Shown in pieces: positions 8,955 to 19,379 of a stretch of 64,000 nt of DNA (its first letter is position 1; every line of letters begins with the position of its first letter). Both the position numbers and the translations under genes were made by a program. Below the pieces are notes generated by a model. The model did not search any database. It saw only the letters and a program-made list of their open reading frames with translations, and was not told the origin of the DNA. This DNA comes from an uncultured Actinomycetota bacterium (GTDB lineage Bacteria; Actinomycetota; Actinomycetes; Propionibacteriales; Nocardioidaceae): assembly GCA_963825455.1 (NCBI GenBank), contig CAWGTG010000001.1:84284-148283 (forward strand), in the 5' to 3' direction.

Positions 8955-9740
8955 TCAGCCGAGCGGCAGGTGGAACACGACTATCGCCGGCTCGAAGTCG
9001 GGCGAGTGGGCGATCATCAACCGTAGGGTCTCCGCACCGCGCTCGGGGTGGTTGAAGCGTCGCAGCTGCCCCCCGTGGCCGAGCACGTCATGGTCCGACC
9101 ACCATTCGGAGAACTCCGGGCTGGTCTGCTTGAGCTCGCTGATCATCGTCGCCAGCCGATGGTCGCCGTCATGGTTGGCGCTGATCGCCCTGAGCCGGGC
9201 CACGACCGCCCGGGTGTCCTCCTCCCAGTCGGCCAGCCGCTCGCGGGCTTCGGGCGCTTGGAGCATCCAGCGCAGCATGTTGCGCCGAGCCGCGGGGAGC
9301 GCACCGAAGTCGGTGTAGTAGTCGGCGACGGCGGGGTTCCACGCCAGCAGCTCGCTGTAGAGGTTGATCCCGTAGACCGGGAACGGGCTGTCGTGCGCGA
9401 GGTGGACGAACTGTTCGATCATGGCAGCGGCGGCATCCGGAGCCGGAGTGGGCGGCTCGTTCGGCGTGACCAGTGAGTGGAGGTACTGCCGCTCGTCATC
9501 GGACAGCCTGAGCACCTGGGCCAGGCTGTCGAGGACCTGGCTCGACGGGTGGATGTCGCGGCCCTGCTCCAGGTAGGTGTACCAAGTGGGGCTGAGCCCC
9601 GAGAGCACCGCCACCTCCTCGCGCCGAAGGCCCGAAGTACGCCGGCGCTGGCCCGGTGGCAGTCCGACGTCCGCCGGCTCGATCCGCTCGCGTCGACTTC
9701 GGAGGAACTCGCCGAGCTGGCGCCTCAGCTCCTCGGACAT
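8955..9740 (-). CDS. XRE-family regulator with MmyB-like ligand-binding domain
   Basis: LGEFLRSRR, RRTSGLRREEVA, WYTYLEQGR and SPEFSEWW motifs. Confidence 0.93.
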   Translation of the reverse strand: MSEELRRQLGEFLRSRRERIEPADVGLPPGQRRRTSGLRREEVAVLSGLSPTWYTYLEQGRDIHPSSQVLDSLAQVLRLSDDERQYLHSLVTPNEPPTPAPDAAAAMIEQFVHLAHDSPFPVYGINLYSELLAWNPAVADYYTDFGALPAARRNMLRWMLQAPEARERLADWEEDTRAVVARLRAISANHDGDHRLATMISELKQTSPEFSEWWSDHDVLGHGGQLRRFNHPERGAETLRLMIAHSPDFEPAIVVFHLPLG

Positions 9741-9890
9741 GCCGGGATCCTACGGCTCCTGCCGGAGGTGGTACTGCCACTGCCAGCACTGGCCGTTCCA
9801 GCTGCCCGGTGCCTCACAACTGCGTACTCCCGCTCTCGTCCGATCCCCCTGAGTGTGGTTCCAGAGCAACCACGAATTCTGGAGGAAGCA

Positions 9891-10724
9891 ATGCAGGAGA
9901 AGACGCGGATCGCAGTCGTCGGAGCCACTGGCCGCCTGGGTCACCACGTCGTGGACGTCATGAAGGCGGCACACGACGTCGTTCCCATCTCGAGGTCACA
10001 GGGCGTTGACGTGTTCACCGGGAAGGGACTCGCCGAAGCACTCTCCGGCGTCCAGACCGTCATCGACGTCTCCACCTTCCCCACGCCCGACCAGGAGGCC
10101 GCGACGGAGTTCTTCTCCACCGCAGCGCACAACCTGCACGAGATCGGCGAGCGGGCGGGCGTCGAGCGGATGGTCGAGGTGTCGATCGTCGGCACCGACA
10201 AGTACGCCGCTGGCTACAGCGTTGCGAAGGTCGCGCACGAGAAGGCGATGCTGACGGGCCCGATCCCGGTGCGGGTGCTGCGCGCGACTCAGTTCTTCGA
10301 GTTCGTCGAGCAGCTGCTGGTCTGGACTAGGCAAGGAGACGTTGCCTACCTGCCCAAGATGCAGGTCCAGCCGGTCGCTGCCCGTGCGGTGGCGATGGCG
10401 CTGGCCGAGCTGGCCACCAAGACAGCGTGGACCGACTCAACTCGACTGGACAGGCCGATCCCGGAGATCGCCGGCCCGCGCGTCGAGAACCTCGCCGACC
10501 TGGCTCGGCGGTTCGCCGCACACCGCGGCGATCCGGTCCGGGTCGAGGAAGTGACCGACCCCGCCGACCCGGACCGGGTGCTGGAGGCGACAGGTGGGCT
10601 GCTGCCCGGCCCTCAGGCGACCATCGCCGGCCCCAACTTCACCGAGTGGCTGGAAGCCAGCCAGTCCCCACGGACCGAGGGGACGACCCCCATGGCTACG
10701 CAGGAGAACGCGGCGACTTCCTGA
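9891..10724 (+). CDS. NmrA-like / atypical SDR NAD(P)-binding protein
   Basis: VVGATGRLG Rossmann motif, LRATQFFEF; GGAGG RBS; divergent from the XRE regulator. Confidence 0.87.
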   Translation: MQEKTRIAVVGATGRLGHHVVDVMKAAHDVVPISRSQGVDVFTGKGLAEALSGVQTVIDVSTFPTPDQEAATEFFSTAAHNLHEIGERAGVERMVEVSIVGTDKYAAGYSVAKVAHEKAMLTGPIPVRVLRATQFFEFVEQLLVWTRQGDVAYLPKMQVQPVAARAVAMALAELATKTAWTDSTRLDRPIPEIAGPRVENLADLARRFAAHRGDPVRVEEVTDPADPDRVLEATGGLLPGPQATIAGPNFTEWLEASQSPRTEGTTPMATQENAATS

Positions 10725-10758
10725 TCGCCACCACACCCAACGAATGGAAGGAACTGTC

Positions 10759-11049
10759 ATGACCGTTGTGAGGCAGCACCACTACACCGTCAACCCATCC
10801 GATCTCGACGACCACCTCGCCCGACGCGCAAAGGCGATCAACGCCATCCGTGCGGGTCACCCCGGTCTGGTCCGGACCCGACTGACCCGGTTGGAGGACG
10901 GTACCTACACCGACACCTGGGACTGGGACACGACCGAGCACATGGGAGCCGCCTTCGCCGCAGCCAGGGAGATCCCTGAGATCGGTCCGGCGATGGCCCT
11001 TGTCCAAGACAACCAGGCGCAGAGCGGCGAGGTGGTCGACGAGGGTTAG
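10759..11049 (+). CDS. small ABM-like (dimeric alpha/beta barrel) protein
   Basis: HPGLVRTRLTRLEDGTYTDTWDW; GAAGGA RBS; probably operonic with the NmrA-like gene. Confidence 0.65.
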   Translation: MTVVRQHHYTVNPSDLDDHLARRAKAINAIRAGHPGLVRTRLTRLEDGTYTDTWDWDTTEHMGAAFAAAREIPEIGPAMALVQDNQAQSGEVVDEG

Positions 11050-11059
11050 CGGCACGCTG

Positions 11060-11479
11060 TCAGGACGAGTGCCGATCGGCGTCCCACGTCTGGCTCAGCA
11101 CGGCCCTGTGCGTGGGAAGTGCTTCGGCGTGGGTCTGCCGGCCCTTCTCGGTGAGGCACACGAACATCGCCCGTCGGTCATCGGTGCACATGCTCCGCTC
11201 GACCAGCCCGTCACGCTCCAGCCTTGCCACGGCCCGGGACAGCGCACTCTGGCTCAGGTGGATGTCGCCGGCGAGGTCGCTCATGCGGTACTTGCCGCAG
11301 TTGGCGTCGACCAGCCGATCCAGGGTCTCGAACTCGCTCAGGCCGATCTGGTGCTGCTCATCGAGAGCCCGCTCGAGGGCGCAGCTGACGGCCGCATGCC
11401 GCTCCAGAAGCGCGCGCCACTCCCCGACCAGGCTGGCCGGAGCCCCCGTGGTCCTCGGGACGACAGTGGTGCTTCCCAT
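11060..11479 (-). CDS. MarR-family regulator
   Basis: LSQSALSRAVARLERDGLVER..DDRR..LTEKG winged helix. Confidence 0.92.
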   Translation of the reverse strand: MGSTTVVPRTTGAPASLVGEWRALLERHAAVSCALERALDEQHQIGLSEFETLDRLVDANCGKYRMSDLAGDIHLSQSALSRAVARLERDGLVERSMCTDDRRAMFVCLTEKGRQTHAEALPTHRAVLSQTWDADRHSS

Positions 11480-11506
11480 GGGGCGGAGACTACCTTCGTG
11501 AGTAGT

Positions 11507-11553
11507 TGAATGCAAGAGCATTAATTGTGTTTGCATCCAATGCGCGTGCATGT
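11507..11553. promoter_or_regulatory. AT-rich divergent promoter with probable MarR operators
   Basis: Inverted repeats AATGC-AAGA-GCATT and ATGC-GCGT-GCAT between marR and the MFS gene. Confidence 0.55.
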
Positions 11554-11565
11554 AATGGTGGCGAA

Positions 11566-13050
11566 GTGACTTCCCGAACCCTCCCTCTTGCTCCCTCCCT
11601 CCCCAGCTCCACGGCGTGGAGCCCCCGGCTCTGGGCGATGCTGATCACTCTGTGCATCGTGTTGTTCCTGGACGGCCTCGACGTCTCGATGATCGGTGTG
11701 GCCCTCCCCTCTATCGGCGCCGAGCTCGACCTGTCGACGTCCACCCTGCAGTGGCTGGTCAGCGGCTACGTCCTGGGGTACGGCGGCCTGCTGCTCCTCG
11801 GCGGACGCACCGCCGACCTGCTCGGACGCCGGAGGGTCTTCCTCATCGCGCTCGCGGTGTTCGCCCTCGCCTCCCTCGCCGGCGGTCTGGTGAGCAGCGG
11901 ACCGCTCCTGATCCTGACCCGCTTCATCAAGGGCCTGGCGGCCGCCTTCACCGCGCCGACCGGGCTCTCGCTCATCACCACGAACTTCGCCGAAGGTCCG
12001 GCCCGCAACAAGGCGTTGTCGATCTACACCGTGTTCGGTGCCGGCGGCTACTCCTCAGGCCTGCTCTTCGGTGGGCTGATGACCGGCGTCGGCTGGCGAT
12101 GGACCTTCTTGTTGCCGGTGCCGATCGCACTGGCCGCGTTGGTGGCGGCGTTCGTGCTGCTGCCGCGGGAGGAGCCGGCCAGGGAAGGCGGACACGACCT
12201 GCTCGGCGCGGCGTTCTCCACCGGCGCGATGCTGCTGCTCGTCTACACCATCGTCACGGCACCCGAGGTCGGCTGGGCCTCGGCCCGCACGATCGGCTCC
12301 TTCGTCCTGGCCGCAGGCCTGTTCGGGGCCTTCGTCCTGGTGGAGAGCCGGGTCAAGCACCCGTTGATCCGCCTCGGCATCCTGCGCCAGGCCTCGCTGG
12401 TCCGCGCGAGCCTCGCCATCGTCGCGGTGGCCGGCTCCTACTTCAGCTGGCAGTTCATCGTGACGTTGTACCTCCAGGACACGCTCGGGTGGACCCCGCT
12501 GCGCCTGGCGCTCGCGCTCCTGCCCGTCGGCATCATGGTCGCGGCATCGGCGGTGTTCTCCGACAAGCTGGTGGCCCGGTTCGGCACCACCCGGATCATC
12601 GCCGTCACGATGACCGTGATGGCCGTGGGTTACCTGCTCTTCCTCCGGATCGACACAAGCCCGTCGTACCCGACGATGCTGCTCCCCGCGCTGCTGCTCA
12701 TCGGTGTGGGCTGGATCGGGTTCCCCGCGATCAACATCCAGGCGACGAACGGGATCGACGACCACGAGCAGGGGCTGGCGGCCGGTGTGCTGCAGACCTC
12801 GATGCAGGTCGGCGCGGCGGTGGTTCTCGCCATCACCACCGCCCTGATCTCGTCCGGCGGCACTGGACCAGTCTCGGCGGAGGCCGCGCTCGGCGACTTC
12901 CGGCACGGACTCGTCTTCGGTGCCGTGGTGTCCCTGGTCGGCGCCGCGGTGGCGGCGTCCGCACTCCTCCCGCGGCGCGTCACACAGTCGGCGGAACCGC
13001 TCGCGGCCGACCTGACGCCCGAGCCGGAGTACGCGTCGACCGGCGGGTGA
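11566..13050 (+). CDS. MFS transporter (DHA2-like)
   Basis: About 14 hydrophobic segments; GGRTADLLGRRRVF motif A. Confidence 0.92.
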   Translation: MTSRTLPLAPSLPSSTAWSPRLWAMLITLCIVLFLDGLDVSMIGVALPSIGAELDLSTSTLQWLVSGYVLGYGGLLLLGGRTADLLGRRRVFLIALAVFALASLAGGLVSSGPLLILTRFIKGLAAAFTAPTGLSLITTNFAEGPARNKALSIYTVFGAGGYSSGLLFGGLMTGVGWRWTFLLPVPIALAALVAAFVLLPREEPAREGGHDLLGAAFSTGAMLLLVYTIVTAPEVGWASARTIGSFVLAAGLFGAFVLVESRVKHPLIRLGILRQASLVRASLAIVAVAGSYFSWQFIVTLYLQDTLGWTPLRLALALLPVGIMVAASAVFSDKLVARFGTTRIIAVTMTVMAVGYLLFLRIDTSPSYPTMLLPALLLIGVGWIGFPAINIQATNGIDDHEQGLAAGVLQTSMQVGAAVVLAITTALISSGGTGPVSAEAALGDFRHGLVFGAVVSLVGAAVAASALLPRRVTQSAEPLAADLTPEPEYASTGG

Positions 13051-13062
13051 GGGTCGCGGCGT

Positions 13063-13299
13063 TCAGATCTCCGTACGACGCTCGCTGACGGTCTGGGTGC
13101 CGTCACTGTGGGTCGTCGTGGCCACCGACCGGGTGCCACGGCGGCCCGCGGTCGCGGCGGTCAGCACGATCAGCAGCCCGCCGACGATCGCCATGATCCA
13201 GCCGACCATGGTCAGGTCGACACCGTTCACCTGATCGGTGACGGCCAGGGCCAGCACCAGGCCGACCACCAGCAGGAACCCGCCGAAGCCGTAGCCCAT
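13063..13299 (-). CDS. small 2-TM membrane protein (DUF6458-like)
   Basis: MGYGFGGFLLVVGLVLALAV..GVDLTMVGWIM; GAGGAG RBS. Confidence 0.75.
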   Translation of the reverse strand: MGYGFGGFLLVVGLVLALAVTDQVNGVDLTMVGWIMAIVGGLLIVLTAATAGRRGTRSVATTTHSDGTQTVSERRTEI

Positions 13300-13443
13300 G
13301 AGAATCTCCTCTGTTCCGGCCGCGGCCAGGAGGCCGCGATCCGGACCTGAAGGTGACCGGATCAGGCGCGGGACAAACGCCGGTGCAGACCGGAGCCACC
13401 GAGCATGAGAAGTCCCTCATCCTGGGGTACTAGCGTCCCGCGG

Positions 13444-14507
13444 ATGACTCGGCACACCACTCTCACTCGGTTCCTGGGCGGCCTCACCGCCGCCATCTTC
13501 GCCACCGGTCTGGCCCTTGCCGCGCCGGTGGCCAACGCCCATGACGGCGGCGAGGCGACGGAAGCGGCCACGGAAGCGGCCACGGAAGCGGCCACGGAAG
13601 CGGCCACGACCATGGGCATCACGGCGACCCGGCGACCCACATCCCGCTGCCGAACGGGTTCCTTCCCGAGGGCATCACCACCGGGCCGGGTCACACTGCC
13701 TACTTCGGCTCGCGTGCCGACGGCGACATCTACCGGCTCGACCTCCGGACCGGCGAGGGCGAGGTGATCAGCGAAGGTCCCGGGACGCCGTCGGTGGGGC
13801 TCAAGCTCGCCCACGGCTGGCTCTTCGTGTCCGGTGGCTCCGCCGGCAACGCTCGGATCGTCGACGCCCGCAGTGGAGACGTGCTGGCCACCTACACGCT
13901 CGCGCCCACCGGCACGCCGGCGTTCATCAACGACGTGATCGTCACCGACAGGGCGGCGTGGTTCACCGACTCGCTCGACAACGCCGTCTACCGGCTCGCC
14001 CTGCGCAACGGGCACCACGGAAATCACGGACACCGGCACGGCCATCACGGCCACCACTCGCTGCCCAGCCAGGACGACGTGACGAAGGTCGACCTCACCG
14101 GCGCCTGGGTCCAGAATGCCGGCAACAACGCCAACGGCATCACCACCACTCCGGACGGACGCGCGCTGCTGGTGATCAACTCCAGCAACGGGCTGCTCTA
14201 CCGCGTCGACGACGACGGTGTGGCGACGCAGGTCGACCTCGCCGGGTATGTCATCACGAACGGTGACGGGCTGCTCCGCGAGGGCAGGACGCTGTACGCC
14301 GTGCAGAACCGGCTCAACCAGGTGGCGGTCCTCAGGCTCAGCAAGAGCGGCGCCAGCGGCGAGCTGCGGGACACGCTCACCTCGCCGGACTTCGACGTGC
14401 CGACCACGATCGCGCGGTCCGGCGGCGACCTCTACCTGCCGAACGCACGGTTCTCGACCCCGCCCACGCCGACCACGGAGTACTGGGTGACAGGTATCGA
14501 CGACTGA
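13444..14507 (+). pseudogene. secreted His-rich SMP-30/gluconolactonase-like beta-propeller protein with one frameshift near 13550
   Basis: Signal peptide ending ANA-H in one frame; LPNGFLPEGI, FINDV, ANGI, GDGL and FDVPTT motifs in another frame. Confidence 0.75.
13559..13606 (+). repeat. 12-bp tandem repeat x4 (CGGAAGCGGCCA), encoding GSGH repeats in the propeller frame
   Basis: Four exact consecutive copies read directly. Confidence 0.9.
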
Positions 14508-14513
14508 GCAGGC

Positions 14514-15689
14514 TCAGAGGGTCTCGAACGTGATGCCCGCCGCAACCAGGCGGGCCATCAGGTTGTCGCCCATCGCCTGGGCGGTGGTGACGCTCCCTGC
14601 GGTCTTCGGGTTGTCGTCGAAGGCCAGGCAGAGGGCTGACTCGGCCAGCATCTTCGAGGTCTCGCCGTAGCCGGGGTCACCGCCCCGGACCCGGGTGTGC
14701 ACTGTCCGCCCGTCGCCCTCGCCGACGAAGTCGACGCTGAACCACGACTTGGCACGGCGAGCCTCGTCGGGCCCCTCGCCCTGCTTGATCCGGCCGAGCA
14801 TGAAGTTGCGCAGCGGCGGCACCTGGGCCGTGGCCAGGACGGCGCCGGCCCCGAGCGCGAAGGCGGCGGCGTTCCACGGCTTCTTGGCACCGGCGTAGTG
14901 GGAGTAGGTGAACCGCGGACCGTACGCCGGGAGGGCGGCGCCGCTGCGGGCCACGACCGTGCCGTCGATGGTGGGCAGCGGCAGCAGCCACCAGCCGAGC
15001 AGCTTGTCGCGGTGCGGCTTGCCCGCCACGGCCTTCGACGAGCGACCCTCGGGCCGGTGCTCGGCCGCCCGCCTGGCCTTGGCGGCGTTGCGCGTCTCCC
15101 GTGCCCTGGACATGATGCCCATCGCCGAGTGGAAGGTGCCCCCCGAGGCGATGGCCCCGACCCGGACGACGCCCCGCAGGGCGACCGGGCCCTTCGCGGC
15201 CAGCTCCTTGACCGTGTAGTAGGCGCCGAGGTCGTGCGGGATGGAGTCGAAGCCGCAGCAGTGCACGATCCGGGCGCCGGACTTCTCGGCGGTCGCGTGG
15301 TGGGCCATGTACATCTGGTCCACGAACAACGGCTCGCCGGTGAGGTCGACGTAGTCGGTGCCGGCCTCCGCGCATGCCGCGACCAGCGGCTCGCCGAACT
15401 GCAGGTAGGGACCGACCGTCGAGATCACGACCTTGGTGCGCCCGACCATCGCGTCGAGGGAGGGGCGGTCCGCGCTGTCGGCCTCGATCAGCTCGAGGTC
15501 GGCGAGCGAGGCGTCGAGCGTCGCGAGCTTGTCGCGGACCGCCTCCAGCTTGCTGCGGTTGCGGCCTGCCAGAGCCCAGCGGAGTCCGGTGGGCGCGTGC
15601 TCGGCGAGGTACTCGGCGGTGAGAGCCCCCGTGAAGCCGGTGGCGCCCAGCAGGACGACGTCGAGGTCTCGGGGCGTGGATCCGGCCAT
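14514..15689 (-). CDS. saccharopine dehydrogenase-like / trans-acting enoyl reductase
   Basis: GATGFTG, YVDLTGE, CGFDSIPHDLG and DPGYGETSKML motifs. Confidence 0.9.
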   Translation of the reverse strand: MAGSTPRDLDVVLLGATGFTGALTAEYLAEHAPTGLRWALAGRNRSKLEAVRDKLATLDASLADLELIEADSADRPSLDAMVGRTKVVISTVGPYLQFGEPLVAACAEAGTDYVDLTGEPLFVDQMYMAHHATAEKSGARIVHCCGFDSIPHDLGAYYTVKELAAKGPVALRGVVRVGAIASGGTFHSAMGIMSRARETRNAAKARRAAEHRPEGRSSKAVAGKPHRDKLLGWWLLPLPTIDGTVVARSGAALPAYGPRFTYSHYAGAKKPWNAAAFALGAGAVLATAQVPPLRNFMLGRIKQGEGPDEARRAKSWFSVDFVGEGDGRTVHTRVRGGDPGYGETSKMLAESALCLAFDDNPKTAGSVTTAQAMGDNLMARLVAAGITFETL

Positions 15690-15787
15690 GGCCCGACTCT
15701 CCCAGAAGGAACCCGACCGTGGTGCGGCACGTCCGATCGGCGGAGTCCGCCGATCGGGTCGACTCCCGACCGTCCAAGGACCGCATC

Positions 15788-17798
15788 ATGCCTCTGCGCC
15801 GCATCCTCACCCGCACTCTTGTCTCCGTCACCGCCATCGCCGGCCTCGGTGCTGCCTTCGTCGCCGGCACGTCGTACGGCGGCTCCGACCATGCCGGCAC
15901 CGGCCGTTCAGGGGTCGGGGGGACGGATGCCTCGCCCGCGGCGTACGCCGGCTCGGACCTCACCCTCGCGGAGTCGTGCGACGACCTGCTGGCGTGGTAC
16001 GTCGAGCGCGGCCTTGACGTGGTCGGTCCCTACGGGTGGGGTGGCAACCCCAACATCGTGTACGACTTCGCGGAGAGCTCGGCCGGTGGAGACGCGGTGC
16101 GCGCACCGATGGCTCAGGTGAAGGCTCCGGCCCCGGTCCGCTCCACGAGCGGCGAGACCGGCACCAACGTGCAGGAGGCCGGCGTCGACGAGCCGGACGT
16201 CGTCAAGACCGACGGCCGCACCCTGTTCCGGGTCCAGGACGGCGACCTGGTCACCTACGACCTGAGCGGGACCGAGGTAGCACGGCTCGCCTCCCTCGAC
16301 CTGCCCGGTGCTGCCGGCGCCAGCACCACCGAGATCCTGCTGTCCGGGGACACCGTGGTCGCGCTCTCGCACCGGGCCGCCGACGGGCGCGGTGGCCGGG
16401 CGGTCACCGAGCTGGTGACCGTCGACGTCTCCGACCCGGCCGCCCCCGTGACCACCCACACGGTGGAGTACGACAGCGCCCTGGTCACCGCGCGGCTGCA
16501 CGACGGCGTGGTGCGCCTGGTGCTCCAGGCCGAGCTGCCCGACCTCGACTTCACCGAGCCCGACCGCGAAACCACCGAGTTCGAGGCCACCCGGGAGAAC
16601 CGTGACGCCGTCCGGGACAGCACCATCGAGGACTGGCTCCCGAGCGCCTCGCTCGACGGCGGTGCCGAGAAGCCGGTGCTCGGCTGCGACCAGGTCGCGA
16701 TCCCCGACGACGGCACGTCGCTCGGCACCATCGCCGTCGTCGGCTTCGACGCGTCCGCGCCCGACGCCCCCTCGGCGAGTGGCCTGGCCGTCGACACCGA
16801 CCTGGCCTACGCGTCGGCCGACCAGCTCTACCTGGCCACCAGCCCGACGTACGGCGGGATCTTCGGCGGCTGCTTCGACTGCATGGAGGCCTTCCCGGTG
16901 CCCGACTCGCGCGGCCTCGCTCCCGGGTTGGCTGACCGGCCGCGACAAGGACGGCGTCGACTGCTGCAGCCCGATCCCTGCGCCACGCGGTGGGTACGAC
17001 GACGCCAGCCACCTCTACGCGTTCGACCTGGACGGCATCGACACCACCTTCGCCGCGTCCGGGCAGGTGGACGGCGTGATCCGTGACCGCTGGTCGATGG
17101 ACGCCGTCGGCAGTGGTGCCGACGCGGTGCTCCGGGTCGCGGTCGGTCCCAACGGCAGCACCGGCAACTTCAACTCGATCGTGACGTTCCGCCAGGAGGG
17201 CAACGACCTCGTCGAGTCCGGGCGGCTGGACGAGCTCGGCGTCGGCGAGGAGATCGAGTCGGTCCGCTGGTTCGACACCCTCGCGATCGTCGTCACGTTC
17301 CGCCAGGTCGACCCGCTCTACGCCATCGACCTCACCGACCCCGACCAGCCGGTCCTGATGGGCTCACTCAAGATCCCGGGCTACTCGGCGTACCTCCACC
17401 CGCTCGGCCAGCACCGCCTCCTCGGTCTGGGACAGCTGCAGGGCACCAACGGCCGGTGGGGCGCCCAGGCAGGGCTGTTCAACGTCACCGACCTCACACA
17501 CCCCCAGCAGCTCGACGTCGTGGAGTTCGGGCCGGACAGCCAGGCCCTGGCCGCCCAGGACCCGCGCCAGCTCACGTGGCTGCCCGACGGGCGCACGGTG
17601 CTCACCGTGATCGCCGACTACGGCAGGCGTGGCAACGTCGGCTACGTGTCGGTGCTCACCCTCGGCGACGGCGTGCTGTCCAACCGGATGGTCCCGGTCG
17701 AGTACGGCGACGAGGTGGCCGCTGTCCGCCTGGTCCCCCTCGCCGACGGCCGGGTGGTGCTGGTGACCGGCGACGACGCGTCGTTCTTTGGGGTGTGA
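15788..17798 (+). pseudogene. secreted beta-propeller-domain protein with one frameshift near 16920
   Basis: TNVQEAGVDEPDVVKTDG in frame 1; VVTFRQVDPLY and LKIPGYSAYLHP in frame 2. Confidence 0.8.
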
Positions 17799-17830
17799 GC
17801 CAAGGGCCTCTGTGCGTTCGACAGCACACG

Positions 17831-17946
17831 GGGCGGTTCGCGAGCGCAGCGAGCGCGGCCCGCGATCGGCCCGATGCCCGCGGCGGACGGCGAAGCCGCG
17901 AGCGCAGCGAGCAGTCCGTCGTGGGCTCGGGCCGAAGCTCGCGGGC
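17831..17946. repeat. intergenic palindromic (REP-like) element, family A
   Basis: CGCGAGCGCAGCGAGC twice (17839, 17897); nested hairpin; related to 24712-24766 and 31003-31117. Confidence 0.65.
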
Positions 17947-17959
17947 GTAATGTCGGATC

Positions 17960-18229
17960 ATGTGCCGCAACATCCGTCCGCTCAACAACTTCCAGCCCCC
18001 GGCGACCGACGACGAGGTCGCCGCCGCGTCCCTGCAGTTCGTGCGCAAGGTGAGTGGCGCGACCAAGCCGTCGGCGGCCAACCAGGAGATCTTCGACCAG
18101 GCCGTGCACGAGATCGCGCACGTCGTGCGCCACCTGATCGACGACCTGGTCACGACCGCGCCGCCCAAGGATCGCGAGGTCGAGGCGGCCAAGGCGCGTG
18201 AGCGGGCGGCGCTGCGGTACGCGCAGTGA
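17960..18229 (+). CDS. DUF2277-family small protein
   Basis: MCRNIRPLNNFQPPATDDEVAAASLQFVRKVSG signature. Confidence 0.88.
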   Translation: MCRNIRPLNNFQPPATDDEVAAASLQFVRKVSGATKPSAANQEIFDQAVHEIAHVVRHLIDDLVTTAPPKDREVEAAKARERAALRYAQ

Positions 18230-19083
18230 CGCTTGCGCCGGAGGTTTCGAGGCTCGCCGCGCTCGCACCTCAACCACCGGTGGCCGAGGTCCTCGACTTC
18301 CTGGCCGAGCGGCCACTCGTCGTGCTCACCGGCGCGGGGTGCTCGACCGACTCCGGCATCCCCGACTACCGCGGTCCGGGCAGCCCGTCGCGGACGCCGA
18401 TGACCTACCAGGAGTTCGTGTCCGGCCCGGAGGCGCAGCAGCGCTACTGGGGTCGCAGCCACCTGGGCTGGTCCCGGATGAAACAGGCCGAGCCGAACGC
18501 CGGCCACCACGCGCTGGCAAGGATCGATCCCGAGCTCCTCATCACCCAGAACGTCGACGGGCTGCACGAGCGGGCCGGGTCGCGACGGGTCGTGGCGCTC
18601 CACGGCCGAGTCGCGGAGGTCGTCTGCCTGGCCTGCCGGGCGGTCACGGCCCGGAGTGCGCTGCAGCAGCGGCTCACCGAGCTCAATCCCGGCTTCGCCG
18701 AGCGGCACCTGGAGGCAGAGGTGCGACCGGACGGCGACGTGGAGCTGGACGAGACCCACGACTTCGTGGTCGCCGACTGCGGCGGGTGCGGCGCGACGCT
18801 CAAGCCGCACGTGGTCTTCTTCGGCGAGAACGTCCCTGCCGACCGCGTCGAGCGCTGCTACGCGGCGGTGGACGCGCTGGCCGACAGCGGCGGCGCGCTG
18901 CTGGTCGCGGGCTCGAGCCTGACCGTGATGAGCGGCTTCCGGTTCGTGCGCCGGGCCGCCAAGGCGGGCATCCCCGTGGTCATCGTCAACCGCGGTGAGA
19001 CGCGCGGCGACGACCTCGCGACGTACCGCCTGGAGGCGGGCACATCGGAGTTCCTGACCGCGCTGGACGCGCGGCGCAGCTAG
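18226..19083 (+). CDS. Sir2-family NAD-dependent protein deacylase (class II-like)
   Basis: TGAGCSTDSGIPDYRG, ITQNVDGLH, LHG, two CxxC, LKPHVVFFGE and GSSL motifs. Confidence 0.95.
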   Translation: MTLAPEVSRLAALAPQPPVAEVLDFLAERPLVVLTGAGCSTDSGIPDYRGPGSPSRTPMTYQEFVSGPEAQQRYWGRSHLGWSRMKQAEPNAGHHALARIDPELLITQNVDGLHERAGSRRVVALHGRVAEVVCLACRAVTARSALQQRLTELNPGFAERHLEAEVRPDGDVELDETHDFVVADCGGCGATLKPHVVFFGENVPADRVERCYAAVDALADSGGALLVAGSSLTVMSGFRFVRRAAKAGIPVVIVNRGETRGDDLATYRLEAGTSEFLTALDARRS

Positions 19084-19089
19084 CTGGGC

Positions 19090-19245
19090 TCAGACGGCGA
19101 GCCCCGGGGCCCGGTGCCTCGGCACGTAGTCGGCGATCTCGCGACGGATCGCCTTGGCGCTGTTGAGCCAGGCCCCGACGTCCACGACGTTCGGACGCCG
19201 CTTCGCGTCGTCGGCCGAGCGCTCGATCGTGGCGATGCTAGACAT
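19090..19245 (-). CDS. 51-aa hypothetical protein
   Basis: MSSIATIERSADDAKRR...YVPRHRAPGLAV; G-rich RBS, upstream hairpin and TACCGT -10. Confidence 0.6.
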   Translation of the reverse strand: MSSIATIERSADDAKRRPNVVDVGAWLNSAKAIRREIADYVPRHRAPGLAV

Positions 19246-19379
19246 GTGTGTCCCCAATTCCCCCGAAGACGCCCCCACGGCATCTTCCCCACGGACAACG
19301 GTAGGCGGAACGCCCGCACCATGCACGCTCACGGCGGGAATCCGTTGTGCTGGTCTACGCCACCCTTCGGATTCCGTCG

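Noticed and set aside
8757-13300. Integrative element or prophage at tRNA-Arg
   Set aside because: No integrase, att duplication or phage genes visible; at most a small islet.
13559-13606. Short repeats as a CRISPR array or phase-variation switch
   Set aside because: No spacers and no cas genes; a 12-bp unit cannot change the reading frame.
16890-16940. Programmed frameshift in the beta-propeller gene
   Set aside because: No clear slippery heptamer or stimulatory structure; other indels in the window point to sequencing error or simple mutation.
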